Positions 35,304 to 44,345 of a DNA stretch of 64,000 nucleotides are shown here, piece after piece. A program made the position numbers and the translations under genes. The stretch is from Phycisphaerae bacterium. GTDB taxonomy: Bacteria > Planctomycetota > Phycisphaerae > Phycisphaerales > SM1A02. Each line of letters opens with the position of its first letter. The stretch's first letter is position 1. The DNA is taken from positions 209,328-273,327 of the forward strand of contig PAAJ01000018.1 in the NCBI GenBank assembly GCA_002702575.1, in the 5' to 3' direction. The notes under the pieces were generated by a model. It ran no database searches. It was not told where the DNA came from and saw only the letters and a program-made list of their open reading frames with translations.

Positions 35304-37085
35304 TCAGGCAGGTGCCTGTTCGATGACCTTCAGCTGCAGCTCGTCGAGCTGTGCGGAATCGACGGGGCCGGGGGCCTGGGACATCATGTCGGCACCGCTC
35401 TGCGTCTTGGGGAAGGCAATGACGTCTCGAATATTGTCCGTACCGGCCAGCAGCATCACCAGCCTGTCCAGGCCGAATGCAATGCCGCCATGGGGTGGTG
35501 CCCCGAACCGCAGGGCATCCAGCAGGAATCCGAACTTCGACTTGGCTTCTTCTTCAGAGAGGTTGAGCAGGCCGAATACGACCTTCTGGACATTCGGATC
35601 ATGGATACGCATCGATCCACCTCCGGCCTCTGAACCGTTGACGACGAAGTCGTAGCCATCCGAAAGACAGCGGCCGGGATCGGATTCCAGAATGTCCAGC
35701 TGATCGGCACGCGGTGCCGTGAACGGATGGTGCTCACTGGCCCAGCGTTGGTTGTCCTCGTCCCATTTGAACATGGGGAAGTCGACGACCCAGAGCGCTC
35801 TGTAGACACCGCTCGGGATGACGTCGAGATCAGCGGCGACCTGGAGGCGAACCGCGCCAAGCGACGTGTTGGCGATCGATCGCTTGTCCGCACCGAACAG
35901 GACGGCGTCTCCCGGTTCCAGTCCGAGGGACTTGATCAGATCATCAGCGATGTCACCAAGGAACTTGGCAATACCGGTTTCGAAGCCATTTTCGGTGTAC
36001 TTGACGGCCGGCAGGCCACCGGCACCATGTGTGCGAGCCAGTTCGGCGTAACCGTCTGTGATCTTGCGGGAGAACTTCTCCGCACCACCCGGTACACGGA
36101 TGGCCTTGACGACGCCATCCTCCTTGGACAATGCTTCGGTGAAGACCTTGAAGTCCGTGCGACCGGCGATCTCCGAGATGTCCTGCAATTCGAGGTCGAA
36201 ACGCAGATCGGGACGATCGGAACCGAAGCGATCCATGGCTTCAGACCATGGCATGCGGGGAATTTCGCCGAGATCATGGTCCAGCAGGCGTGAGAAGATC
36301 TCACGCATGAACCCTTCCATCAGTTCGAGCACATCGTCCCGTCGGACGAAGGACATCTCGAGGTCGATCTGGGTGAACTCGGCCTGACGATCAGCGCGGG
36401 GATCCTCATCCCGGAGGCACTTGCAGATCTGGAGATAGCGATCGCAACCGGACACCATCAGGATCTGCTTGAAGATCTGAGGACTTTGCGGCAGCGCATA
36501 CCACTCTCCAGGATAGATGCGGGATGGCACGATGAAATCGCGGGCGCCTTCCGGAGTGCTCTTGATCAGCAGTGGCGTCTCGATTTCAAGGAAACCATGC
36601 TTGTCGAAATACTCCCGAGTGATCCTTGCGGTGTCATGACGGATCCGCATGATCTCCTGCATTCGTGGGCGACGCAGATCGATGTATCGATAGGTCAGCC
36701 GGACTTCCTCGGAAATCTTCTCGGCCTCATGGTCATCCGGGAGAATCGGAGGATTGTCGGTCCGATTCAGAACCTCGAGTCCCTGGCCCATGACTTCGAT
36801 GTGACCAGTTGCCAGTTTCTCATTGGCCTTGCCTTCCCGCGGTCGGACAAGTCCTGAGATCGCAACGACATCCTCTCTTCTGAGGGATCGTGCATTGTCA
36901 ACGACATCGTCCGGACAGTCCTCCAGATCGAAGACGACCTGTGTGATGCCGCTCCGATCACGAAGGTCAATGAAGACGAGCCCCTTGCCCTGGTCACGGA
37001 AGGTGTTGACCCATCCAGCCAGTACAACGGATTCACCTGAATGGTCCTGTCGCAGGTCACCACAGCAATGCGTTCGTTTCATCAT
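35304..37085 (-). CDS. aspS: aspartyl-tRNA synthetase
   Basis: OB-fold N-terminus (GWVNTFRDQGKGLVFIDLRD) and class II motifs (QICKCLRDED, GGGSMRIH, GIAFGLDRL). Confidence 0.93.
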   Translation of the reverse strand: MMKRTHCCGDLRQDHSGESVVLAGWVNTFRDQGKGLVFIDLRDRSGITQVVFDLEDCPDDVVDNARSLRREDVVAISGLVRPREGKANEKLATGHIEVMGQGLEVLNRTDNPPILPDDHEAEKISEEVRLTYRYIDLRRPRMQEIMRIRHDTARITREYFDKHGFLEIETPLLIKSTPEGARDFIVPSRIYPGEWYALPQSPQIFKQILMVSGCDRYLQICKCLRDEDPRADRQAEFTQIDLEMSFVRRDDVLELMEGFMREIFSRLLDHDLGEIPRMPWSEAMDRFGSDRPDLRFDLELQDISEIAGRTDFKVFTEALSKEDGVVKAIRVPGGAEKFSRKITDGYAELARTHGAGGLPAVKYTENGFETGIAKFLGDIADDLIKSLGLEPGDAVLFGADKRSIANTSLGAVRLQVAADLDVIPSGVYRALWVVDFPMFKWDEDNQRWASEHHPFTAPRADQLDILESDPGRCLSDGYDFVVNGSEAGGGSMRIHDPNVQKVVFGLLNLSEEEAKSKFGFLLDALRFGAPPHGGIAFGLDRLVMLLAGTDNIRDVIAFPKTQSGADMMSQAPGPVDSAQLDELQLKVIEQAPA

Positions 37086-37216
37086 CGATCGGAGTCCTCA
37101 TGGGCCCAGTTGCCGGGAAAGCGGGCCATGGTAGCGGGGGGAGGCGTGCCGTACCCTCCTGGATCCGTACAATCCCTCCTGTCTCCACCAGCATGTGCCT
37201 CCAGGGCAAATTCCTC

Positions 37217-38341
37217 ATGACGACTTCACTGCTCTTTACAGCCTTCGAGCCCAGCGGGGAAACACTCGCATCACGAGTGATCGAGCGATTGCTTGCCAGC
37301 CACCCCGATCTCGATATCCATGCCTGGGGAGGCCCGAAAATGGCTCAGGCGGGGGCCCATCTGCATGCCAACACCGTCGACAAGGCTGCGATGGGGCTGG
37401 GCGCCTTGGCGCATGTTCAGAGAGTCCGGCGACTCCACCGGGAGATTCTCGACTGGTGTCAGGCCAATCAGCCGACCTGTCTGGTCCCGGTGGATTCACC
37501 CGCAGCGAACTTTCCACTCTGCAAGGCGTTGAAGCCGAAGGGCGTGAAAGTCGTGCACCTGGCGGCACCACAGTTGTGGGCCTGGGCTCCATGGCGTGCT
37601 CGCAAGCTTCGAAGATGTACTGACCAGGTTCTCTGCCTGCTTCCATTCGAGCCGGAGTGGTTCGCACGACGGAACATTCCAGCCCGATTCGTGGGTCACC
37701 CGGCGATCAATCGGGACCTGGATCCATCCGCCATGCAGGTCGCTGCCTCCGAACTGCCTCAAGGTGAGCGCAAGCTGCTGATGATGCCCGGATCACGCGA
37801 ACAGGAAATCACACGGAATATTCCACTGATGATCCAGTCGAAGCAGCTGCTGGAAAGAAACGGAAAATCCATCACGGCCGTGATGACCGCAGTTGATGAA
37901 GACAAGGCCGCACTGGTTCGACGTGTCCTGCCGGACTCCTGCGAGATCCAGGTCGTCGTGGGGCAGCGTGATGCCGCATTGGCGTGGTGTGATCTTGCCT
38001 TGGCCGTCTCCGGCACCGTCACCCTCGACATCATGAGACATCTCAAGCCGATGGTCGGCATGTTCCGGGTCGGACCGGTCGGCTGGCTTGGCGGCAAGAT
38101 TCTGTTGATCACACCTGATCGGCTTCTTCCCAACCTCATTGCGGGAAAGCGGATTGTTCCCGAGTTCGTGCCGTACTGGGGTGGACCCGAGCCGATTGCC
38201 TCAGCCGTTGGATCTCTTCTGGATTCCGAGCAGGCGCGCCATCAACAGCGTGATGCCATCGATGCCGCCTTGCGTCCATATCAGGGGCAGGACTTCTCTG
38301 GCAATGCGGCCGAAGCGATCATGGAAGTCGTTCATCGTTGA
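37217..38341 (+). CDS. lpxB: lipid-A-disaccharide synthase
   Basis: LLFTAFEPSGETLASRVIERL at the N-terminus, then DSPAANFPLCKALK and ALAVSGTVTLD. The start is uncertain (37217 or 37193). Confidence 0.8.
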   Translation: MTTSLLFTAFEPSGETLASRVIERLLASHPDLDIHAWGGPKMAQAGAHLHANTVDKAAMGLGALAHVQRVRRLHREILDWCQANQPTCLVPVDSPAANFPLCKALKPKGVKVVHLAAPQLWAWAPWRARKLRRCTDQVLCLLPFEPEWFARRNIPARFVGHPAINRDLDPSAMQVAASELPQGERKLLMMPGSREQEITRNIPLMIQSKQLLERNGKSITAVMTAVDEDKAALVRRVLPDSCEIQVVVGQRDAALAWCDLALAVSGTVTLDIMRHLKPMVGMFRVGPVGWLGGKILLITPDRLLPNLIAGKRIVPEFVPYWGGPEPIASAVGSLLDSEQARHQQRDAIDAALRPYQGQDFSGNAAEAIMEVVHR

Positions 38342-38346
38342 GCCAC

Positions 38347-39009
38347 TCAATAGTGGCCGACGGGATAGATTCGAAGCGTGCAGCATTGATGGCCGAGCCG
38401 ATCCACGATGGGAACGACTCGATTGAAAGGAGCCGAGATCGGCAGGCTCTTCTCGAGACATCTGTCCTGCCAGATGCCGAGATCGTGATCGGCAATCTCG
38501 GCGTTTGCCGTGAACAGCACAATCAGCAGGCCGGCATGCAGGATGCCACGATCCCGGCTCAGCTTCGCGATGTCGTCCTGGACGGTGGACAGAAGTTGTG
38601 AGGAGTAGCTTGCATTCGCCCCTTCTTCGGTGAATTGCGCGACCACCTTGACTTCGAGCCAGAAAGCATCTTCCAGAGCGACTGCGTGGTCATCTCTGAA
38701 CAAAGTCGCTGCAGCTTCGGGAATCTGCAGCGGTCTGTTGTCGGGAGTCAGCACGAGATCGCAGCGATCCCCCTGAGTTCGCCGTCGATGTCGCCTCGCG
38801 ACCGGATACCGGATTTCCCGGTGAACACCCAGGCCCGTCGCAGCCAGATCCTCGGCTAGCTGAACATGCAAATCGACTTCTTGCCGCACATCCAGGCCTG
38901 AGATGGCCTGTTCGGTCTTCAATCTCTGTTCTTCCCGGAGAAGACCGGTTTCCAGCGCATCGGCCAAGGTGGCGACACACCATCGGTGAATGGTCGGCTC
39001 GAAACTCAT
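38347..39009 (-). CDS. hypothetical protein with PD-(D/E)xK nuclease-like motif
   Basis: GDRCDLVL followed about 35 aa later by FWLEVKVV, i.e. a D...E-x-K arrangement. It starts 18 nt downstream of the AGCS transporter gene on the same strand. Confidence 0.5.
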   Translation of the reverse strand: MSFEPTIHRWCVATLADALETGLLREEQRLKTEQAISGLDVRQEVDLHVQLAEDLAATGLGVHREIRYPVARRHRRRTQGDRCDLVLTPDNRPLQIPEAAATLFRDDHAVALEDAFWLEVKVVAQFTEEGANASYSSQLLSTVQDDIAKLSRDRGILHAGLLIVLFTANAEIADHDLGIWQDRCLEKSLPISAPFNRVVPIVDRLGHQCCTLRIYPVGHY

Positions 39010-39027
39010 GACAACAGCATCATGCCT

Positions 39028-40848
39028 CTACTTGCCGGGCTTGATCTCGCCGGATTTCAGTCGTTTGAAGTAGCCATGCCATGCAGACATCGCTGTCGCA
39101 CCGAAGATGAGCATGATGGGAATGTTGACCCACAACATGAGACCGGTTCCGAGGTCGGACAGGTTTCCGATCTCCTTGGTCGTGGTCACGATGCCGGCCG
39201 TCGCCACGATGATGAGCAGGCAGTAGATGATCTTGTAGATGCCGACAGCCCATTCGCCGAGCAGGAAGACGATGCCCTGCTCGCCGTAGTAGGACCATGA
39301 GATCATCGTGCTGATGGCGAACAGCCAGGAAGCAATGAGGATCAGCCAGTTGCCGAAACCAGGGAACTGTCTGTTGATCGCATAGGCCGTGAGTGTTGCG
39401 CCCTTGTAGTCCTCGTAGATGATGGGGTCGACCAGAGTCGGGAGACCGCCCTCCGAAAGGGATGACCAATGGGCGACCTCGGCTTTGTCCGTCTTGATCT
39501 GATCCCACTTGATGTAGGACTTCTCATCCGCTTTTTCCGGGATGACGACCTTGCCGGTCATCACGACTCGATTCGAAGCGGTGGCTTCATTGGTGTCGCC
39601 GCCCTGTGCGATGGCGAAGACGTTGTCTCCATGCTTCCAGGCGCCGCCGAGTTCCTCACCACGTTCCGTGCGATCAGGCAATTCGGTGGTCCCGAAGATG
39701 AGCTCCGCGCCATCCACATTGAATGAGGTCGGTTCGCCAAGGGTCCAGTAGCGATGGGTGGTCCCATCGACGGTTTCTTCCTGAAGAGTGATCTTCGGTG
39801 CATCGGCGAAGATGCCGTCCGCGCCGGCTTCGCCCTCACCCCGGGTCAGTGCGCCCGTCGAGAGAATGACGAGGGCCGTCAAGGTGCAGACGATGATCGT
39901 ATCGATGAAGGGTTCGAGGCCTGCAACCACACCCTCGCTGACAGGCTCCTTGGTCTGCGCTGCCGAGTGAGCGATGGGGGAGGAACCCTGTCCGGATTCG
40001 CTCGAGAACAATGCACGCTTCATGCCCCACATGAGTGCAGTGCCCGCGGCACCACCGATGAAGGCGCCACCGGCTTCCGAAGAACTGAAGGCACTGCGGA
40101 AGATATCCCCGAAGACACCCGGAATGGCCTCGAGGTTGAACCCGAGTACGACGATGGCAATGACCACGTAGAGCACGCACATGAACGGAACGAGCACGCC
40201 GGCGACCGAGCCGATTCGCTTGATCCCGCCAATGATGACGAGGGCGACGACGATTGCCAGGACAAGGCCACTGACCCACTCTGGCAGGTTGGTGGCTTCA
40301 CGGGTGATGTCACCGACGCTCCATGCCTGGAACATGTTGCCGCCAGTGACTGCCGAGATCAGAAGGGTCAGACAGAAGAGCACGCCGATGAACTGGCCGA
40401 TGACGCCCAGTCCCCAGCGTTTCATGCCCTCTGCGACCACGAACATCGGACCGCCATGGGGATTGTCAGGATCCGTGGTATTCCGGAAGAGCATCGATTG
40501 GGTGACTTCGGTGCTCTTCAGTGCCATTCCGACGATTCCAACGATCCACATCCAGAAAACGGCACCTGGACCGCCGATCGCAATGGCGATGGCCACACCC
40601 GCGATGTTGCCAAGGCCGACCGTTGCGGACAAGGCGGCAGACAACGCCTGGAAGTGACTGATGGCACCAGGATCATCGGGGTTGTCGTATTTTCCCGTTG
40701 TGACCGCGACCCCGTGAGTCAGCGCGCGGTACTGGCTGAATCCACTCCAGAGCGTGAAGAGCACGCCGGTGCCCAGCAGGATGTAGAGCATCCAGTCGGT
40801 CCAGATGATGCCGTTGATGTCGCCGAGAAAGTCGTTGAATGCTTCCAT
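39028..40848 (-). CDS. alanine/glycine:cation symporter (AGCS) family transporter with large insertion
   Basis: GLGNIAGVAIAIAIGGPGAVFWMW and ESGQGSSPIAHSAAQT motifs. 606 aa. Confidence 0.88.
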   Translation of the reverse strand: MEAFNDFLGDINGIIWTDWMLYILLGTGVLFTLWSGFSQYRALTHGVAVTTGKYDNPDDPGAISHFQALSAALSATVGLGNIAGVAIAIAIGGPGAVFWMWIVGIVGMALKSTEVTQSMLFRNTTDPDNPHGGPMFVVAEGMKRWGLGVIGQFIGVLFCLTLLISAVTGGNMFQAWSVGDITREATNLPEWVSGLVLAIVVALVIIGGIKRIGSVAGVLVPFMCVLYVVIAIVVLGFNLEAIPGVFGDIFRSAFSSSEAGGAFIGGAAGTALMWGMKRALFSSESGQGSSPIAHSAAQTKEPVSEGVVAGLEPFIDTIIVCTLTALVILSTGALTRGEGEAGADGIFADAPKITLQEETVDGTTHRYWTLGEPTSFNVDGAELIFGTTELPDRTERGEELGGAWKHGDNVFAIAQGGDTNEATASNRVVMTGKVVIPEKADEKSYIKWDQIKTDKAEVAHWSSLSEGGLPTLVDPIIYEDYKGATLTAYAINRQFPGFGNWLILIASWLFAISTMISWSYYGEQGIVFLLGEWAVGIYKIIYCLLIIVATAGIVTTTKEIGNLSDLGTGLMLWVNIPIMLIFGATAMSAWHGYFKRLKSGEIKPGK

Positions 40849-40881
40849 GTGAACTCCATAGAGAACCGGGGTCGGTCACGT

Positions 40882-42642
40882 TCAGTGCATGATGCGGTAG
40901 GAGAGGTCATTGACATCTACCAGACCGATCTTGTCGAGCAGCACGATGACCACGAGGATCGGTGCCACGAATCGAATGAGGAACAGCCAGCAGCCTGTCC
41001 AGAAGCCCGAGAGATCGGAGAGTTCCGCCTGTCGAACACGTGCTGGCATGACCCAGCCCGCGTAGAGGGCAATGAGGAGGCCACCCAGTGGCAGCATCCA
41101 GTTGCTGGTGAGCAGGTCCATCGTGTCGAAGAAGGTCTGTCCGTAGCCTGGAAGCCAGGAGACCATCTTGAAGCCGGCACTGTTGGCGAAGGCGGTGATG
41201 ATTCCGAATCCGAAGATCGCTCCACCAAGAATCCAGCTTGCCTTGCTCCTCGACCAGTTGCGTGCATCGATGAGATACGACGCCACGACTTCCAGCAGGG
41301 AAATGGCGGAGGTCAGTGCCGCGAAGACCAGCAGGCCGAAGAAGATGATGCTCAGCAGCATCCCCAGTTCACCCATCTCGGCGAACGCGAGGGGCATGCT
41401 CATGAAGACGAGTCCCGGTCCACTGCTGGGGTCCTGGCCGTAGGAAAAGATGATCGGGAACATCATCATGCACGCCAGGATGGCGATCATCGTGTCGAGG
41501 CCGGCGATCGCGACGGATTGACTCATCAATCCACCGCTCTTGGAGCGTTGGTAGGAGCCATAGGTGATCATCGCTCCCATGCCGAGGGACAAAGTGAAGA
41601 AGGCATGTCCAAGCGCTTCAAGAACCCCTTTGGGTTCCAGGGCATTGGCATCCGGCTTGAAGACGAATGCGACGGCGTCACCGAAGCCGGGTTTGAAGAT
41701 TCCATAGACCACCAGAGTCAGAATGCAGAGCACCAGGAGCGGCATCAGAACTCGGCAGGTTCGTTCAATACCCGAGCTGACGCCGGTCGCGACCACCAGG
41801 ATCGAGATGAACATGAACAAGGCCGCCCAGAAGGTGCTCGTCCATCCATCCTGGAGGAGTCCTACGAAGACACTGGTGACCTGGTCCCTGATGTTGTTGC
41901 GTCTGTGAATCGTTTCTGCCGCATCTCTCACGGCCACGGGATCCATGGCCTGAACAGACGCCTCGGCTTTCTTCTTGATGCCGTCCTTGATCTCATCCAA
42001 AGGCGGTTCAGCTGAGGTCACCAGATCGATTGCGGCCGCCTTGTCCGGATGCTCCCGGATCGAATCGACATCCGCGCCTTCATCCATCGCATTCTTGGCA
42101 ACCGTCCAGTGTTCCCAGGTCATCGGTGGGAACTGCCTGCGCCAGTCACGCTCGGCACGATCCAGATCAAGCCGTGTCATGTCATCGACGATCAGCTGCT
42201 GCATCTCCGTACTGGATGCCGTTGATCGGTAGACGAGTGCGTCCTGTTCGGCTTTTTCGGCAATGGGTGTCGTGAAGCCCACGACGGACTTGACCGTGTA
42301 GTCCATGGCCCAACCGGCAACGACGACATAGAAGGAGAGGATGATGAAGCCGCTGATGACACCAAGCCAGCCCACGGCGCTCCAGGGCGTCCGGTCACCG
42401 GAGAGCTTCTTGAATGCCATGACGGGTTGAGCCTGGGCGGCACGACCGATCATGATTTCTGCGACGAGAATGGGCAGGCCCACCAGCACGATGCAGGCGA
42501 GGTAGATCAGGACAAAGAGGCCGCCACCGTTTTCACCCGTGATGTACGGAAACTTCCAGATGTTTCCAAGGCCGACAGCGGATCCTGCTGCAGCAAGAAT
42601 GAACCCGAATCGACTGCCCCATTGCGATCTATTTTGCGACAT
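40882..42642 (-). CDS. neurotransmitter:sodium symporter (NSS/SNF) family transporter with large insertion
   Basis: WGSRFGFILAAAGSAVGLGNIWKFPY is the NSS hallmark. Start set at MSQNRSQW (42642), with GGAGG 9 nt upstream. Confidence 0.88.
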   Translation of the reverse strand: MSQNRSQWGSRFGFILAAAGSAVGLGNIWKFPYITGENGGGLFVLIYLACIVLVGLPILVAEIMIGRAAQAQPVMAFKKLSGDRTPWSAVGWLGVISGFIILSFYVVVAGWAMDYTVKSVVGFTTPIAEKAEQDALVYRSTASSTEMQQLIVDDMTRLDLDRAERDWRRQFPPMTWEHWTVAKNAMDEGADVDSIREHPDKAAAIDLVTSAEPPLDEIKDGIKKKAEASVQAMDPVAVRDAAETIHRRNNIRDQVTSVFVGLLQDGWTSTFWAALFMFISILVVATGVSSGIERTCRVLMPLLVLCILTLVVYGIFKPGFGDAVAFVFKPDANALEPKGVLEALGHAFFTLSLGMGAMITYGSYQRSKSGGLMSQSVAIAGLDTMIAILACMMMFPIIFSYGQDPSSGPGLVFMSMPLAFAEMGELGMLLSIIFFGLLVFAALTSAISLLEVVASYLIDARNWSRSKASWILGGAIFGFGIITAFANSAGFKMVSWLPGYGQTFFDTMDLLTSNWMLPLGGLLIALYAGWVMPARVRQAELSDLSGFWTGCWLFLIRFVAPILVVIVLLDKIGLVDVNDLSYRIMH

Positions 42643-42757
42643 GTCCTGTTGGCCTCCAGATGTTCCTCTCCCGGAAACAGGCGGTCGCATCATAGCCCGA
42701 GACCCGGATCTCATGCAGTGCCCTCGACGATGCACCGTGACCCGATAGGATGCTTGA

Positions 42758-43750
42758 ATGAAGCCACCCTTCAGAATCAGAACGGATCTGCAGAGGGTCT
42801 CCGTGGATGGGTTCTCCTATCCACTTGGAGTGGAGATGGCACCGTCTCGGCCGTCTCGAGAAGGCTATTGCATGAGCTGGCTTGAAGGTGAAGGGGATGC
42901 CCCGGATACCTACACCTGTCTTGTGGTCGTTTCGCATGAACGGGTCAAGCCATTGCTTCGGGCATGCTTTGATCTGCTGCCCGATCAGGTGGCTGGAATC
43001 ATGGAAGTCGGTTCACGAGATGCCTTTCGTGCAGTGGATGTATTCCTCGGCTCCTCGACGGTTTGTCTCGATCGATTCCTGAACACGTGGGATCGTTATG
43101 AAGCCATCTTTCTGGAAGACGCCTCCCTTGCGGTCGGTGTCAACACGGAGTCTCCTTTCATGGAGATCTTCCTCGACCAGGACAAGCGATTGACGATCCA
43201 TGTGGAGCCGGAATCACGAGACCTGATCGAAGCCATGTTGACTCGGCAGGGGATCGAGGCATGCGACGAAGAACAGCTGGTCGTCTCGGAGTCCGAACTC
43301 GAACGGACGGTCGTCAGACCCATTCTTCAGGATGATCCATCCCTGCTTTGCGATGTCGATCAGCTGATCATGACCCTTCGTCATGACTGGGAGCTGCTTC
43401 TCAACGAGGATCCTGATCAGAATCTCGATGCTTCCGGGCGTGATCTCGGTCGAACGCTCTGGCATGCCATCGTGCTCCTTGAGCCACGGGTTGGCATGGC
43501 CCGATCCTCATCACACGCCATGGCCTGGGTGATCGGATCCAGCAGGAACGAAATCGAGACGTTGTTGCGTACCCGACTTGAAGAAGAGCCTCACTGGTCA
43601 TTCGGAGAGTTCTACACATTGGATCGAGTGGCCCTGGATGATCGCCCCGAGGCGCTGGTCGATCTGGATCCGAGACATCCGGTATCCGAAGTTCTCATGT
43701 TCGAGGTGGAAGCGGCTGATCCTGGCACAGGTGATCATGCAGATGGCTAG
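42758..43750 (+). CDS. hypothetical protein
   Basis: 330-aa acidic ORF with no motif recognised. The start is uncertain (42758, 42836 or 42872). Confidence 0.5.
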   Translation: MKPPFRIRTDLQRVSVDGFSYPLGVEMAPSRPSREGYCMSWLEGEGDAPDTYTCLVVVSHERVKPLLRACFDLLPDQVAGIMEVGSRDAFRAVDVFLGSSTVCLDRFLNTWDRYEAIFLEDASLAVGVNTESPFMEIFLDQDKRLTIHVEPESRDLIEAMLTRQGIEACDEEQLVVSESELERTVVRPILQDDPSLLCDVDQLIMTLRHDWELLLNEDPDQNLDASGRDLGRTLWHAIVLLEPRVGMARSSSHAMAWVIGSSRNEIETLLRTRLEEEPHWSFGEFYTLDRVALDDRPEALVDLDPRHPVSEVLMFEVEAADPGTGDHADG

Positions 43751-44201
43751 CACCTCCTCGGGACATGACGAGTGGTATCGCGATGGATTGCAGTTCGAAT
43801 GCACCCAATGCGGTAATTGCTGTACGGGCCCTCCGGGTGCCGTCTGGTTCACTGAAGAGGAAGCCGCCGAGATGGCCAGCCATCTCGGTCTGTCGGTGTC
43901 GGAGTTCAACAGCAAATGGGCTCGACGGCTGAAGGATGGATGGTCGTTGAAGGAGGTTCAAACCGTCCACGGATGGGATTGTGTTTTTCTGGACCGAACC
44001 AGCTTGCCCGGCAAGGCCATCTGCAGCCTCTACAACGCCCGTCCGATCCAATGTCGAACATGGCCCTTCTGGCCTGAGAACCTGGAATCACAGTCGGCCT
44101 GGGAGGATGCCAAGAAGCAGACGCCCTGTCCCGGCATGGGCCGTGGCGACCTGATTCCCATCGAACAGATCCGGATCAGCCGGGATACGGAAAACGGTTG
44201 A
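43737..44201 (+). CDS. YkgJ-family cysteine-cluster (CxxCxxCC) protein
   Basis: FECTQCGNCCTGPPG, plus downstream CSLYNARPIQCRTWPFWP. The internal ATG at 43737 overlaps the end of the upstream gene. Confidence 0.7.
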   Translation: MQMASTSSGHDEWYRDGLQFECTQCGNCCTGPPGAVWFTEEEAAEMASHLGLSVSEFNSKWARRLKDGWSLKEVQTVHGWDCVFLDRTSLPGKAICSLYNARPIQCRTWPFWPENLESQSAWEDAKKQTPCPGMGRGDLIPIEQIRISRDTENG

Positions 44202-44345
44202 GAGCCACCCGGAGGTGGATATTGGACGGTACGAATGTACTTCGGCGGCTCCTGGTCGCTACCCTGTGACGTCCGGTCTCCGGGATCAGTCCCGTGGACC
44301 AGCCGTCTCGATTTCACCGTGGTTCTGATTTCAAGTGAGTAACCC

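Noticed and set aside
39754-42015. 753-aa plus-strand ORF spanning the AGCS and NSS genes and the gap between them.
   Set aside because: It runs exactly antisense to two strongly supported transporter genes. Its composition is extremely D/E/G/H/R/Q-rich, as expected when hydrophobic codons are read in reverse complement. It has no motif and no plausible start context. The frame probably stays open because TTA, CTA and TCA codons are rare in the sense genes. It is a shadow ORF.
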